Shown here piece after piece: positions 8,951 to 17,618 of a stretch of 64,000 nucleotides of DNA. Origin of the DNA: Myxococcales bacterium (GTDB taxonomy: Bacteria > Myxococcota_A > Polyangia > Polyangiales > DASUME01); NCBI GenBank assembly GCA_047601445.1, contig JASGJH010000001.1, positions 4,576,001 to 4,640,000 of the forward strand, given 5' to 3'. A program made the translations under genes and the position numbers. Below the pieces are notes generated by a model. The model searched no databases, was not told the origin of the DNA, and saw only the letters and a list, made by a program, of their open reading frames with translations. Each line of letters starts with the position of its first letter. Within the stretch, counting starts at the first letter, position 1.

Positions 8951-10402
8951 CTAGGTCCCGCCCTCGGGACCACTGTCGTGGGGCAAGCTTCCGCGCGGCG
9001 AGCGTAGGTACACGAAGGGCGTGTAGAGCAGGAAGTTCGAGACCCTCGAGGTGTACACGTCGGCGTAGCGCTCGGTCTGATAGGCGAGCCGGCTCTTATC
9101 GTTGCCGGCGCGCATCAGCAGTCCCCAACGCGTGCTGCCGAGTTCGGCGGCTTCCTTCGCGAGCTCACCGATCTTGGCGTCGAGCGCCACCAGTTGCTGG
9201 CGCAAGTTGCTCATGCGCTGCTTGAGCTCCTTGGGCTTCTCGTCGACCTGCGGGCCGTAACCCATGTCGAGGCGCTGCAGCGCGATGCGGGCCAGGGAGA
9301 AGCGGTGCTCGAGCTCGATCTTCTCCTCCATCATGGAGAGCAGCTGGACTTGCTTGGGCTTGAAGGCCTCGAGCGCCGAAAGTTCGTTCTCGAGCTCGCG
9401 TGTGATGAGCGCCGTGCGCCAGCGCAGCACGTTCTTGCTCACGTGGACGTCGGCGTAGAGGTGGTCGCCCACGTAGAGAATCTCCTCGCCCTTCACGCCG
9501 AAGCACTGTTCCACCAGGCGCGCGTTGCCGCCGAAATAGGCGCCACCTTCCTGCAGCGGACCAAGGTGCGGCATCAACAGGCCCTGCTCCTCGTCGACGA
9601 TGCGAAACGGTTGCGAGCGCTGCTCGAAGAAGAGCGGCTTGCGGGCGCCGACGATCACCAAATCGAAGAGCTGACGGAAGGTCATCCCCTTGGGCAAATA
9701 GGGGTCGAACACGTAGGACAGCATGGCCCGCGTGTAGCTCCACTCGGAGTTGGTGATCAGCATCAGCTTCTTGCCGGCGTGCTTGAGATCGAGCAGCGCC
9801 AGCGGCAGCTCCGGGTCGAGGTCGACGAAGCGTGCGGGGTCCTTGACGATCTGCGCCTTGAGCACGCCCTCGGTGTGCGTCGCGTCCACGCTCTCTCGCA
9901 CGCGCGCGTAGAGCTCGGCGTAGCTGTGTCCCGCGCCGAGTTGCCCCGCATCCAGACGATCGACGAGCTGCAAGTAGAGGCAGGCCTCCGAGAGGGCAAA
10001 CCAGGTGTCGAGGAAGACCCAGCGTCGCTCGGACAAGTCGACGATCACACGCGAATAGCGCTCGCGTAGCCCCTCCACACCGAGCATCACGGTGCCGTGA
10101 CAGGCCTGCTTCACGAAGCCGAAGCGGTTGGTCTTGACCGCATTGCCGAGCTCCAGGTCGAGCACCAAGCCGGGCCGCACGAGATCCGGATCGAAGGACA
10201 ACCCCTGCACGTCGTAGCCCCGCGCGGCCAGGCGAGCGCGCGTGTCCTCGTAGGCCTGCTCCTCCCACTCGCGCGTGTGGTAGTGGACCAGCGTGTAGTC
10301 CATGTCGAAGCCCACCGCGCGGATGGAGCGCAGGTTGAGGGTTCGGTTGCAGAACAGGCGGCGCTCGGGCGGGATCAGGGTCGTGTCATCGTCACTCATC
10401 AC
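8951..10402 (-). CDS. HAD-superfamily subfamily IG 5'-nucleotidase (cN-II-like)
   Basis: FCNRTLNL, GFDMDYTL (motif I), ITNS, ARKPLFF, YVGDHLYADV, YADVYTSRVSN. Confidence 0.93.
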   Translation of the reverse strand: MMSDDDTTLIPPERRLFCNRTLNLRSIRAVGFDMDYTLVHYHTREWEEQAYEDTRARLAARGYDVQGLSFDPDLVRPGLVLDLELGNAVKTNRFGFVKQACHGTVMLGVEGLRERYSRVIVDLSERRWVFLDTWFALSEACLYLQLVDRLDAGQLGAGHSYAELYARVRESVDATHTEGVLKAQIVKDPARFVDLDPELPLALLDLKHAGKKLMLITNSEWSYTRAMLSYVFDPYLPKGMTFRQLFDLVIVGARKPLFFEQRSQPFRIVDEEQGLLMPHLGPLQEGGAYFGGNARLVEQCFGVKGEEILYVGDHLYADVHVSKNVLRWRTALITRELENELSALEAFKPKQVQLLSMMEEKIELEHRFSLARIALQRLDMGYGPQVDEKPKELKQRMSNLRQQLVALDAKIGELAKEAAELGSTRWGLLMRAGNDKSRLAYQTERYADVYTSRVSNFLLYTPFVYLRSPRGSLPHDSGPEGGT

Positions 10403-10439
10403 CCGTCAGGTAGAGCATGGCGTCCGGGCTCTCTCAACC

Positions 10440-11315
10440 TCAGTACAGGAACTCGTCGTTTCCGTCGGTCACGGTGATGAGCAGGATGGCGTTGGCCTTG
10501 GTTTCGGCAGGCAGCGCCTCGTAGACGGTGCGCAGGACGCTCGCGTGGTCTTCCGCGTAAGCGATGACGTGCAAGATGGACTTGGTCCAGCGGTCCCCGT
10601 CGGCCACGTTTGCGAGGGCCAGCTGCAGGCCGTCGAGATGGTTCTGGAGCAGCGCCGTGGCCTCCTCCGCCGTGTACGGGTCGTCGAGGGGGAAGCTGCG
10701 CGCGCGTGTGGTGTCGACAGCCGCCGTGACCCCGGCGATCTCGGCCAGGTAGTCCGGCGCGTAGAGACCAGGCGGATCGTAGTCCATGTCGTTTCTGGTC
10801 TTCAGCAGCGTGGCGCCCTCGGCGCGCACCAGTACATCCAGGCCGAGCGCCTCGTAGTCCCACGCGGCTGTGTCGAGCAGCGCCTGGGCAGCGGGGGTCA
10901 GTAGGGCAACCTCGGCGTCGCTGAACCCGTTGTCGACGCGTGTGGTGCCGAGGTCGAGGTGGTTCACGAACACCGCGGGCGCGGCCGCCGTGCCGAGCAC
11001 GTCGAGATCACCGCTCAGCGTGCCCAGGCCACCTATGGACGCATCCCCGGCGTCGTTGTCCAGGCTGCCGTCGAGGCCGGCGTCGCCCGCGTCGGGTCCG
11101 GTTCCGCCGTCGCTGTGCTCGGTGGGGAATTCCACGCCAGCGTCCATCTCGTTGCTGGAGTCGCCGTCGCCGTCGCCAGTGCTAAGGCCGCCATCGCCGC
11201 CGGCCTGGTCGCCATCGCCCTCGCCATCGGGGCTAGAGGGGAAGTCGGTCGTAGGGCCCCCTGTGCAGGCGCACAAGAGGGCCATCACGAGGAGCTGACG
11301 GGCCTGGAAGTTCAC
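10440..11315 (-). CDS. Putative lipoprotein of unknown function
   Basis: GTG 11315 with GGAGG RBS; hydrophobic stretch ending LLCAC, then TGGPTTDFP, an acidic DG/DAG linker and a globular C-terminal domain. Confidence 0.7.
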   Translation of the reverse strand: MNFQARQLLVMALLCACTGGPTTDFPSSPDGEGDGDQAGGDGGLSTGDGDGDSSNEMDAGVEFPTEHSDGGTGPDAGDAGLDGSLDNDAGDASIGGLGTLSGDLDVLGTAAAPAVFVNHLDLGTTRVDNGFSDAEVALLTPAAQALLDTAAWDYEALGLDVLVRAEGATLLKTRNDMDYDPPGLYAPDYLAEIAGVTAAVDTTRARSFPLDDPYTAEEATALLQNHLDGLQLALANVADGDRWTKSILHVIAYAEDHASVLRTVYEALPAETKANAILLITVTDGNDEFLY

Positions 11316-11390
11316 GACCTCCCCGTTTTGCCCTTTCGTGGTCTCCCTGTCTACATGCAAGCAGCGGGGCGGCGGGGGCCCGGGCGGACA

Positions 11391-11864
11391 CTAGTTGATG
11401 CCCGAAATATTCCCGTGCGGTGCGCCAGCCATCAATCGCAGGAACGCATCCCGCGTCACGTGCACCAGGTGCTCGTGGTCCCCCCCCTCGAAATACACCT
11501 CCTCCTGCTCCAGCAGCGAGTCGTCGACCACCGTCTCGAGCCCGTAGGCGCCCCCGAGCGGCGGGATCGCTCCCAGCTCGCAGTCGGGGAACATCAGGGC
11601 CACCTCGTCCTCCTCGGCGAGCTCGAGATTCTTGTGACCCATCATCTCCTTGAGCGCCCTGCGATCGACCTGGGCCGAAGCCGGGACCACCGCGAGCACG
11701 TAGTCATCCTCATCACAGAACAGCACCGCCTTGGCCAAACGTGACCGCGGGAGCTGGGCCGCGGACGCAGACTGTCCGCTGGTGAAACTGTGGCTATGGC
11801 CCACGGTGTCATAGTCGACGTCGCACTTGTCCATGAACGCCGTGACCGTATGTGAAAGGTACAT
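11391..11864 (-). CDS. YbaK/ProX-family aminoacyl-tRNA deacylase
   Basis: LAKAVL, LAEEDE, FPDCELGAIPPLG, YFEGGDH. Start ATG 11864 with GGAGG RBS. Confidence 0.9.
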   Translation of the reverse strand: MYLSHTVTAFMDKCDVDYDTVGHSHSFTSGQSASAAQLPRSRLAKAVLFCDEDDYVLAVVPASAQVDRRALKEMMGHKNLELAEEDEVALMFPDCELGAIPPLGGAYGLETVVDDSLLEQEEVYFEGGDHEHLVHVTRDAFLRLMAGAPHGNISGIN

Positions 11865-12063
11865 GTCGCCGCCTCCTCTCCGCCGGCTCACCTGGTCTGA
11901 AGGCGGGCCTCCCTCCCAAACAAGCTAGGCCCCTGCCCCTCGAATACCAGTCCTTTTTGGCGCGTCGGATGCCAAGTTGGGCTTCGCACGAGGTGAAACG
12001 AGCCGCCGACGTTGCTAAGCTGCTTTCTCGAGGCAGACCCCCGTAACCGCTGCTGGGAGACAC

Positions 12064-13542
12064 GTGGTCACTTGGATCAGGCAAAGCGTATCTCGTCAAA
12101 GCGGCGTCATCGTGGCCGCAAGCGTGGCTCTAGCTACGGCCGTCGTCTGGTGGCTTGGGCGGCTCGCGCTCATTCCTGAGCTGCCGGCTCGCAAATTCCT
12201 GGTGGGGGCGTTCGCCGTCGTGCCGGCATCCGGCTTGTTCGGCGCCTGGGTCACGCAACGCTTACTCGGCGCACGTCTCGCCCACCTGGTCGAAGTAATC
12301 GATGGTACGGGTCAGCACGACGACCTGGCTCGCATCCGCAACCTCGGCTCGGACGAGGTGGGCGCCATCGGTCGGGCCGTGAACCGCCTGCTGGCGCGCA
12401 TCACGAACATCCGGGCCAGCATGATCGACCAGGAGCGCGAACTCGGCAAAGCCCAGCGTGAGCTGCAACTGTCCACCGATCTGGCCCACAAGACCGAGGA
12501 GCTCGCGCAGCGTTTCGAAGAGCGCACGATGCTGTTCGAGATCATGCGCATGACCACCTCGAGCCAGGACCTCGACACGGTGCTGCAGAACCTGGTGGAG
12601 CGCGTGGGCAAGCTCCTGCGCATGCGTGAGGTGGTCTTCTTCATCCACCACGAGAGCAGCCAAGAGTTCGGGGTGAAGGCGGCGCGCGGATTCGCGGGCG
12701 AGGCCGACATCGTGGGGCGTCGCTTGAGCGTGGGCGAGGGCATCTCGGGCGCGGTGGGACGTACGCGCGAGCCGCTGCTGCTCGACGACGTGAGCACGGT
12801 GAGCGAGTACCAGGGCTTCTGGGGCCTGGCCGAGCGCACGGGTGGGTTGGCGGCGGTGCCAGTGACCTACCAGGAGCAACTGCTCGGCGTGCTGGCCGTG
12901 ACGCGACCGGTGGGCGATCCCATCACCGAGGTTCAGCTCAGGCTGTTGTCGGCGATCGCCGACACCGCCGCGCTCGCCATCCAGAACGCTCAGATGTTCG
13001 AGCACATGAAGGCACTCACCACGCAGGACGAGCTCACCGGCCTGCCCAACGACGCCTTGCTGCGCGATCAGCTGGAAGCGGAGATCGACCGCGCGCGCCG
13101 CTTCGAAGCGCCCCTCTCGGTGGTCGCCGTGGGCGTGGACTACCTGAGCGCCTTCAACGAGGAGTACGGCCGCGAAGAGGGCGACAAGGCCCTGCAGAGC
13201 ATCTCGCAGCTGATCGCCAAGAGCGTGCGCAAGGTGGACACGGTGGCCCGCGCGGACGACGACAACCTCGTGCTGCTCCTGCCGCGCACCGAGGGCAAAG
13301 ACGCCATCTTCCTTGCCGAAAAGCTGCGCAAAGCCGTGGCGAACCTGGGCCTACCGGCCACGCGCAAGCACAAGCTCGGCATCAGCTTGGGTGTGGCGAA
13401 CCTGATGACCACGGACGACCGCTACGGACGCCAAGTGTTGGAGCGGGCGCAGCAGGCGTTAGCGGCGGCCAAGAACGCAGGGCGCGATCGCGTCTACGTG
13501 GCCGAAGGCTCCGTGAACCGCGCGGCTTTCTCGCACGGTTGA
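12064..13542 (+). CDS. Membrane HAMP-GAF protein with a degenerate GGDEF domain
   Basis: Two N-terminal TM segments; DEVGAIGRAVN (HAMP); GAF domain; DELTGLPN. The active site reads ADDDN; the I-site RKVD is retained. Confidence 0.88.
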   Translation: MVTWIRQSVSRQSGVIVAASVALATAVVWWLGRLALIPELPARKFLVGAFAVVPASGLFGAWVTQRLLGARLAHLVEVIDGTGQHDDLARIRNLGSDEVGAIGRAVNRLLARITNIRASMIDQERELGKAQRELQLSTDLAHKTEELAQRFEERTMLFEIMRMTTSSQDLDTVLQNLVERVGKLLRMREVVFFIHHESSQEFGVKAARGFAGEADIVGRRLSVGEGISGAVGRTREPLLLDDVSTVSEYQGFWGLAERTGGLAAVPVTYQEQLLGVLAVTRPVGDPITEVQLRLLSAIADTAALAIQNAQMFEHMKALTTQDELTGLPNDALLRDQLEAEIDRARRFEAPLSVVAVGVDYLSAFNEEYGREEGDKALQSISQLIAKSVRKVDTVARADDDNLVLLLPRTEGKDAIFLAEKLRKAVANLGLPATRKHKLGISLGVANLMTTDDRYGRQVLERAQQALAAAKNAGRDRVYVAEGSVNRAAFSHG

Positions 13543-13676
13543 GAGCGCCCCAAAGGCGGCTCTCATGGGACGGAGAGCGCCCCAAAGGCGGCTCTCATGG
13601 GACGGAGAGCGCCCCAAAGGCGGCTCTCATGGGACGGAGAGCGCCCCAAAGGCGGCTCTCATGTAGCGGAGAGCGC
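13541..13676. repeat. 32-bp palindromic tandem repeat (4 copies plus a partial fifth)
   Basis: Unit GAGAGCGCCCCAAAGGCGGCTCTCATGGGACG at 13541, 13573, 13605 and 13637 (last with a variant tail), partial at 13669. Confidence 0.95.
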
Positions 13677-14507
13677 AGCGCGCACTTGAGCAGGCGTGGC
13701 CGGCGTGCGCCCGTGCTGACGTGCTTCGCGCACGACGCGCTCCACGAAGGGGGCGCTGCCTTGAGCCAACACACCACGCTCGAGATAGATGTTGTCCTCG
13801 AGCCCGACACGCACATGGCCTCCGAGTTCCAGCGCCACACTCAGCATGGGCGCCTGGTGTCGACCCACCGCAGCCACGCCCCAATGGGTGCCTGGCGGTA
13901 GCTCGCTCGCGAAGAACCGCAGCACGTTCTCGCGCGCACCTAGCGCGCCCGGTACGCCGAGCACCAGCTGCACCCAGAAAGGGCGCCCAATCAGCCCTGC
14001 CCGCTCGAGGGCCAGTGCATTGTCCAGATGGCCGAGCTCGTACAGCTCGAGCTCCGGCTGAGCCCCTGCCGCGCGAATGCGCCGGGCCACTTCCCGCATG
14101 TCCGGCATGGAGTTCTCGAAGACTTCTTCGCCGAAGTTGATCGACCCGCAATTCAAGGTGGCCATCTCGGGCGACGCCATCAACCCACCGAGGCGCTCCT
14201 CGATGGACATGCCCACCGCGCCGCCCGTCGATACTTGCACCACGATGTCGGTGCGAGCTCGGATGGCCGCCACGGCCTCCTCGAAACGCGCACGGTCTTG
14301 GCTCGGTTTGCCGTCCTCGGTGCGCACGTGCAGATGCACGATAGAGGCCCCCGCGTCGGCGCAGCGGCGCGCCTCCTCCGCGATCTCCTGGGCCGAATAG
14401 GGCACGTGCGGACTTTGCTCACGCGTCACTTCGGCGCCCACGATGGCCGCCGTGATCACCACGACGTCGCCGTGAAGCGCCGCCCCTCCATCGCGCGCGG
14501 CGCTCAT
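13659..14507 (-). CDS. kce: 3-keto-5-aminohexanoate cleavage enzyme (BKACE/DUF849)
   Basis: ITAAIVGAE, GASIVHLHVR, STGGA, ATLNCGSINFG, HVRVGLEDN; operon context with kal and kamDE. Confidence 0.92.
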   Translation of the reverse strand: MSAARDGGAALHGDVVVITAAIVGAEVTREQSPHVPYSAQEIAEEARRCADAGASIVHLHVRTEDGKPSQDRARFEEAVAAIRARTDIVVQVSTGGAVGMSIEERLGGLMASPEMATLNCGSINFGEEVFENSMPDMREVARRIRAAGAQPELELYELGHLDNALALERAGLIGRPFWVQLVLGVPGALGARENVLRFFASELPPGTHWGVAAVGRHQAPMLSVALELGGHVRVGLEDNIYLERGVLAQGSAPFVERVVREARQHGRTPATPAQVRAALSAT

Positions 14508-14535
14508 GGGCGCTCCGCAGCATCACATGCCGCGC

Positions 14536-14940
14536 TCATGCGCGCTCCGCCGGCGAGCGCTGGCAAGCGCGCGGCACCACGCAGGTGCCCACGGCGCGAC
14601 ACACCACCACGGGCTCGGGCAACACGTTGGCCGCACTCACGGCAAGCGCCGGGTCCCTGGCCAACTCGATGACCTTGCGCGCCGTAAAGCGGATCTTGCG
14701 GCTGGTGGCGCCCGCCGCCACGAGCTCGGCCTCCACCTCCAGCACGTCCCCCGCGCGTACCGGGGCCAAGAACTCCACGCTCTCGTAGGCGCGAAACAGG
14801 CCCTCGTCGCCGTCGTGTCGCACCAAGAGCTCCGTGGCCACGTCCCCGAACAGGCCGAGGCAGCGCGCGCCGTCCACGAGCTCTCCGGCGTAGTGCGCGT
14901 CGTGACTCGACATCCTCAGGCGGTGCATCACGCGGAGCAC
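14536..14940 (-). CDS. kal: 3-aminobutyryl-CoA ammonia-lyase (hotdog fold)
   Basis: [17 protein letters not shown]...FGDVATEL...DGDEGLF...[10 protein letters not shown]. Alternative start ATG 14928 overlaps the kamE stop. Confidence 0.9.
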   Translation of the reverse strand: MLRVMHRLRMSSHDAHYAGELVDGARCLGLFGDVATELLVRHDGDEGLFRAYESVEFLAPVRAGDVLEVEAELVAAGATSRKIRFTARKVIELARDPALAVSAANVLPEPVVVCRAVGTCVVPRACQRSPAERA

Positions 14941-15692
14941 TTGAGACCTCGCTTCTCGAACACGCGCATGGCCAAGAACGACGCCACGTGCTTGGGCAAC
15001 GTACCCGGCCCGAAGCCGCCGTCGAAGCCGAGCTCCACGGCCAACCGCTGATCGATGCGGGGACCTCCGAGCAGCAGCACGAAGCGCTCGCGCTCGCGCC
15101 GCTCGAGCAGGAGATTCACCAGAGCTCGCGCGTTCTCCTTGTGACAGCCGCGCTGCGTGATCACCTGGCTCACCAGGATGGCGTCGGCGCCCACGGCGCG
15201 CGCACGGGTGAGGAGAGCCTCGTTCTCTACCTGGGCGCCCAGGTTGTACGCCTCGAACGCTTTATAAGCTTCGAGCCCCTTTTCGCCTGCGTAGCCCTTG
15301 AGGTTCAAGATGGCGTCGATGCCCACGGTATGCGCGTCGGATCCCGTGCAAGCACCGACCAGCACGATCTTGCGTCCCAGCCGCTCCATCACGAGGGCGT
15401 CGACCTCGTCGCGCTCGAGCTCGGGAATGTCGAGCTGCGGCACTTCGATGCGCGCCACATCCACCGTGTGCTTGGAGCGCCCGTAGACGACGAAGTAGCT
15501 GTGCTCGGGTCCACACTCTTCCATGCAGGTGACCAGGATATCCTCGAGCCCGTGGGCCTGGGCGAAGCGGCGCGCCGCCTCCTTGGCACGCGGCGAAGGC
15601 AACATCTCGAGCGTGAAGCTCAGCTGCACCATGCCGTCCCCTGCACGGTCCCCGTAGGCACGCAGAATCTTCGGTCGATCGGAGCGCATCAT
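14928..15692 (-). CDS. kamE: Lysine 5,6-aminomutase beta subunit (cobalamin-binding)
   Basis: [14 protein letters not shown] dimerisation domain; DAHTVGID B12 motif; [11 protein letters not shown]-lysine motif; ATGA overlap with the kamD stop. Confidence 0.93.
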   Translation of the reverse strand: MMRSDRPKILRAYGDRAGDGMVQLSFTLEMLPSPRAKEAARRFAQAHGLEDILVTCMEECGPEHSYFVVYGRSKHTVDVARIEVPQLDIPELERDEVDALVMERLGRKIVLVGACTGSDAHTVGIDAILNLKGYAGEKGLEAYKAFEAYNLGAQVENEALLTRARAVGADAILVSQVITQRGCHKENARALVNLLLERRERERFVLLLGGPRIDQRLAVELGFDGGFGPGTLPKHVASFLAMRVFEKRGLKCSA

Positions 15693-17314
15693 GGTCGGCC
15701 CTCCAGCTGTTCGAGCAATGGGTTCAAGTAGTCCGGGCCGCGGGCCACCACGCCGTGCAGCCCCTTGCCGCCGGTGGGCTCGCGCTTCACGTCGGCAAAC
15801 GCGCCGCGACTGATGGCTTTCCAGAGGGTCTCGGCGCGCACGCTCTCGAGGAGATCGAGAGCCCGACTCAGCACTTCGTGCACGCGGCGCGCGATGCGTC
15901 CGTCGGGTTTGAAGCGAATCTCCTCCCCGAGATGTTTGGCCGCGTTGAACACGTAGCGTGTGGCCTTGAGCGCGAGATGGCGGTCCATCATCAACGGGTT
16001 GTGGATGGCCTCGCTGAACATCCCGAGCAGCTCGATGCTCTGACCGGTGGTGATGCCGACCAGGCTGAACAGAGCGTCGTGAACGTGGCTCTGGAAGATG
16101 TCCCCCGTTTTGTGCTTGGTGGGAGGCATCCACTTGATGGGGTGGCGCGGGAAAATCTGGCGTACGAGCTGCGCCTGGGCGAGCTCGAGCAGGAAGCTGT
16201 CCTCGAGCCAGGGGTCGATCTCGTAGGCGTGGCCGAGCCCGATCAGCTCGTCGTCGAGGCCCGCCCGATGAGCGAACGCCTCGTTGATGAACTGGCTGGC
16301 CAGCACCGTGTGGGCCGCCTCGACGGCGTCGGCCGTGGTGAGATAGTTGTCTTCTCCGGTGTTGATGATGATGCGCGCGCGACCGATGATGCGGCGCGAG
16401 AAATACTGATCGACCAGGGTGCGACGCATGTTGATGTCGCGAAACAAGATGCCGTACATCGAGTCGTTGAGCAGCATGTCGAGCCGCTCCACGGCCGCCA
16501 TCCAGGCGATCTCGCTCATGCACAACCCGGAGCTGTAGTTGGTCGCCATCACGTAGCGGCCGAGCTCGCGCGAGGTCTCGTCGAGGGCCGCGCGGATGAT
16601 GCGGAAGTTCTCCTGCGTGGCAAAGGTGCCGCCGTAGCCCTCGGTGGTGGCGCCGTGGGGCACGTAGTCGAGCAAGCTCTGCGCGGTGGCGCGGATGACC
16701 GCGACCACGTCGGCGCCCGAGCGCGCAGCAGCCTGGGCTTGCACGGCATCGTCGTGGATGTTCCCCGTGGCGACGATCACGTACTTCCAGGGGTTCTCTG
16801 CCATGCCGTAGCTGGCGCGCTGCGCTTCGCGCGCGAGGCGCGCCTGGTCGATGCGCGCGAGCCCGGAGCTCACGTGCGGCGCCAGCAGCGCGCGCAGCTC
16901 AGCCGCGCTCGGCTCGGGGCGGTTCTCGGGTAGCGACGCGAGTGAGTGGCCGTAAGCGAGCTGTTCGGCCGCCTCCTGCAGCGAACACCTGTCGCGCAGC
17001 ATGGCTTCGGCGAGCGCCCACGAGATGCCGCGTCCGAGGTCGCCGCGTCCCTGCACGCGCTCCACCAGCGTGTTCACGAGCGGCGTGCCGCGATCGTCCA
17101 CGCCCTCGACACCCAGCGCGCGCGCCACCGTGCGCTCCACGCCCGTGGTGGTGTGCGCGTCGATGAAGCCCTGCACCTCGTCCGCGATCTCGGACGATAG
17201 CTGACGACAACGATCCACCAGCTCCTGCTGGATCTCCACCCGTGGACCACGCACCGGAGCCGCGCCCGCGTCAGCGAGCTCGCGTGCGGACCCACCCGCT
17301 TCGAAGTGCGCCAT
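15689..17314 (-). CDS. kamD: Lysine 5,6-aminomutase alpha subunit
   Basis: YVIVATGNI, GADVVAVIR, QSLLDYVP, GGTFATQEN, NYSSGLCM, INTGEDNY, MPPTKH. Confidence 0.95.
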   Translation of the reverse strand: MAHFEAGGSARELADAGAAPVRGPRVEIQQELVDRCRQLSSEIADEVQGFIDAHTTTGVERTVARALGVEGVDDRGTPLVNTLVERVQGRGDLGRGISWALAEAMLRDRCSLQEAAEQLAYGHSLASLPENRPEPSAAELRALLAPHVSSGLARIDQARLAREAQRASYGMAENPWKYVIVATGNIHDDAVQAQAAARSGADVVAVIRATAQSLLDYVPHGATTEGYGGTFATQENFRIIRAALDETSRELGRYVMATNYSSGLCMSEIAWMAAVERLDMLLNDSMYGILFRDINMRRTLVDQYFSRRIIGRARIIINTGEDNYLTTADAVEAAHTVLASQFINEAFAHRAGLDDELIGLGHAYEIDPWLEDSFLLELAQAQLVRQIFPRHPIKWMPPTKHKTGDIFQSHVHDALFSLVGITTGQSIELLGMFSEAIHNPLMMDRHLALKATRYVFNAAKHLGEEIRFKPDGRIARRVHEVLSRALDLLESVRAETLWKAISRGAFADVKREPTGGKGLHGVVARGPDYLNPLLEQLEGRP

Positions 17315-17336
17315 GCGTCACCGCCTCCGCTCAATG

Positions 17337-17418
17337 CGGGGAGGTCACGCGACCTCCCCGCCCGTCGCGGCAAAGCCGCGCCGGGACCCACCTCACCGCG
17401 AGGTTCGCTTCGCTCACG
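17337..17418. repeat. Dispersed palindromic element, copy 1 (REP/MITE-like)
   Basis: CGGGGAGGTCACGCGACCTCCCCG hairpin followed by CGCGGCAAAGCCGCG and CCGCGAGGTTCGC..GCTCACG; similar copy at 22186. Confidence 0.8.
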
Positions 17419-17618
17419 GGCGTGCGAACCCCTGCCAGGGCAGCCTACCTCGGTGGCGAAAACGACTTTGTGCCACAGCGCCGAGACGGCCTTTGCGCAC
17501 GCAATTAGGAGATTATGAGGCTTCTAGCTGCACCGCAAGAGCGCCCACAAAATCAGGTGAGCAACAGTACGCGCCGCGTGCGTCATCCACGTTCCAGGGA
17601 CGCGACGCGGGCACTGCG

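Noticed and set aside
13541..13676. Possible CRISPR array (palindromic ~24-bp repeats)
   Set aside because: The intervening 8-bp segments are identical and far too short to be spacers, and there are no cas genes or leader. Treated as a tandem repeat.
14928..16523. Long N-terminal extensions in the ORF track (kamE 531 aa, 28130-29722, 36133-38136, 61091-63799, 18463-20244)
   Set aside because: The extensions overlap neighbouring genes out of frame. Internal starts with an RBS, ATGA coupling or family-typical N-termini explain the real proteins.
17419..17618. Cobalamin or lysine riboswitch upstream of kamD
   Set aside because: I read the minus strand and could not find B12-box or L-box core motifs. 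An Rfam scan would be decisive.
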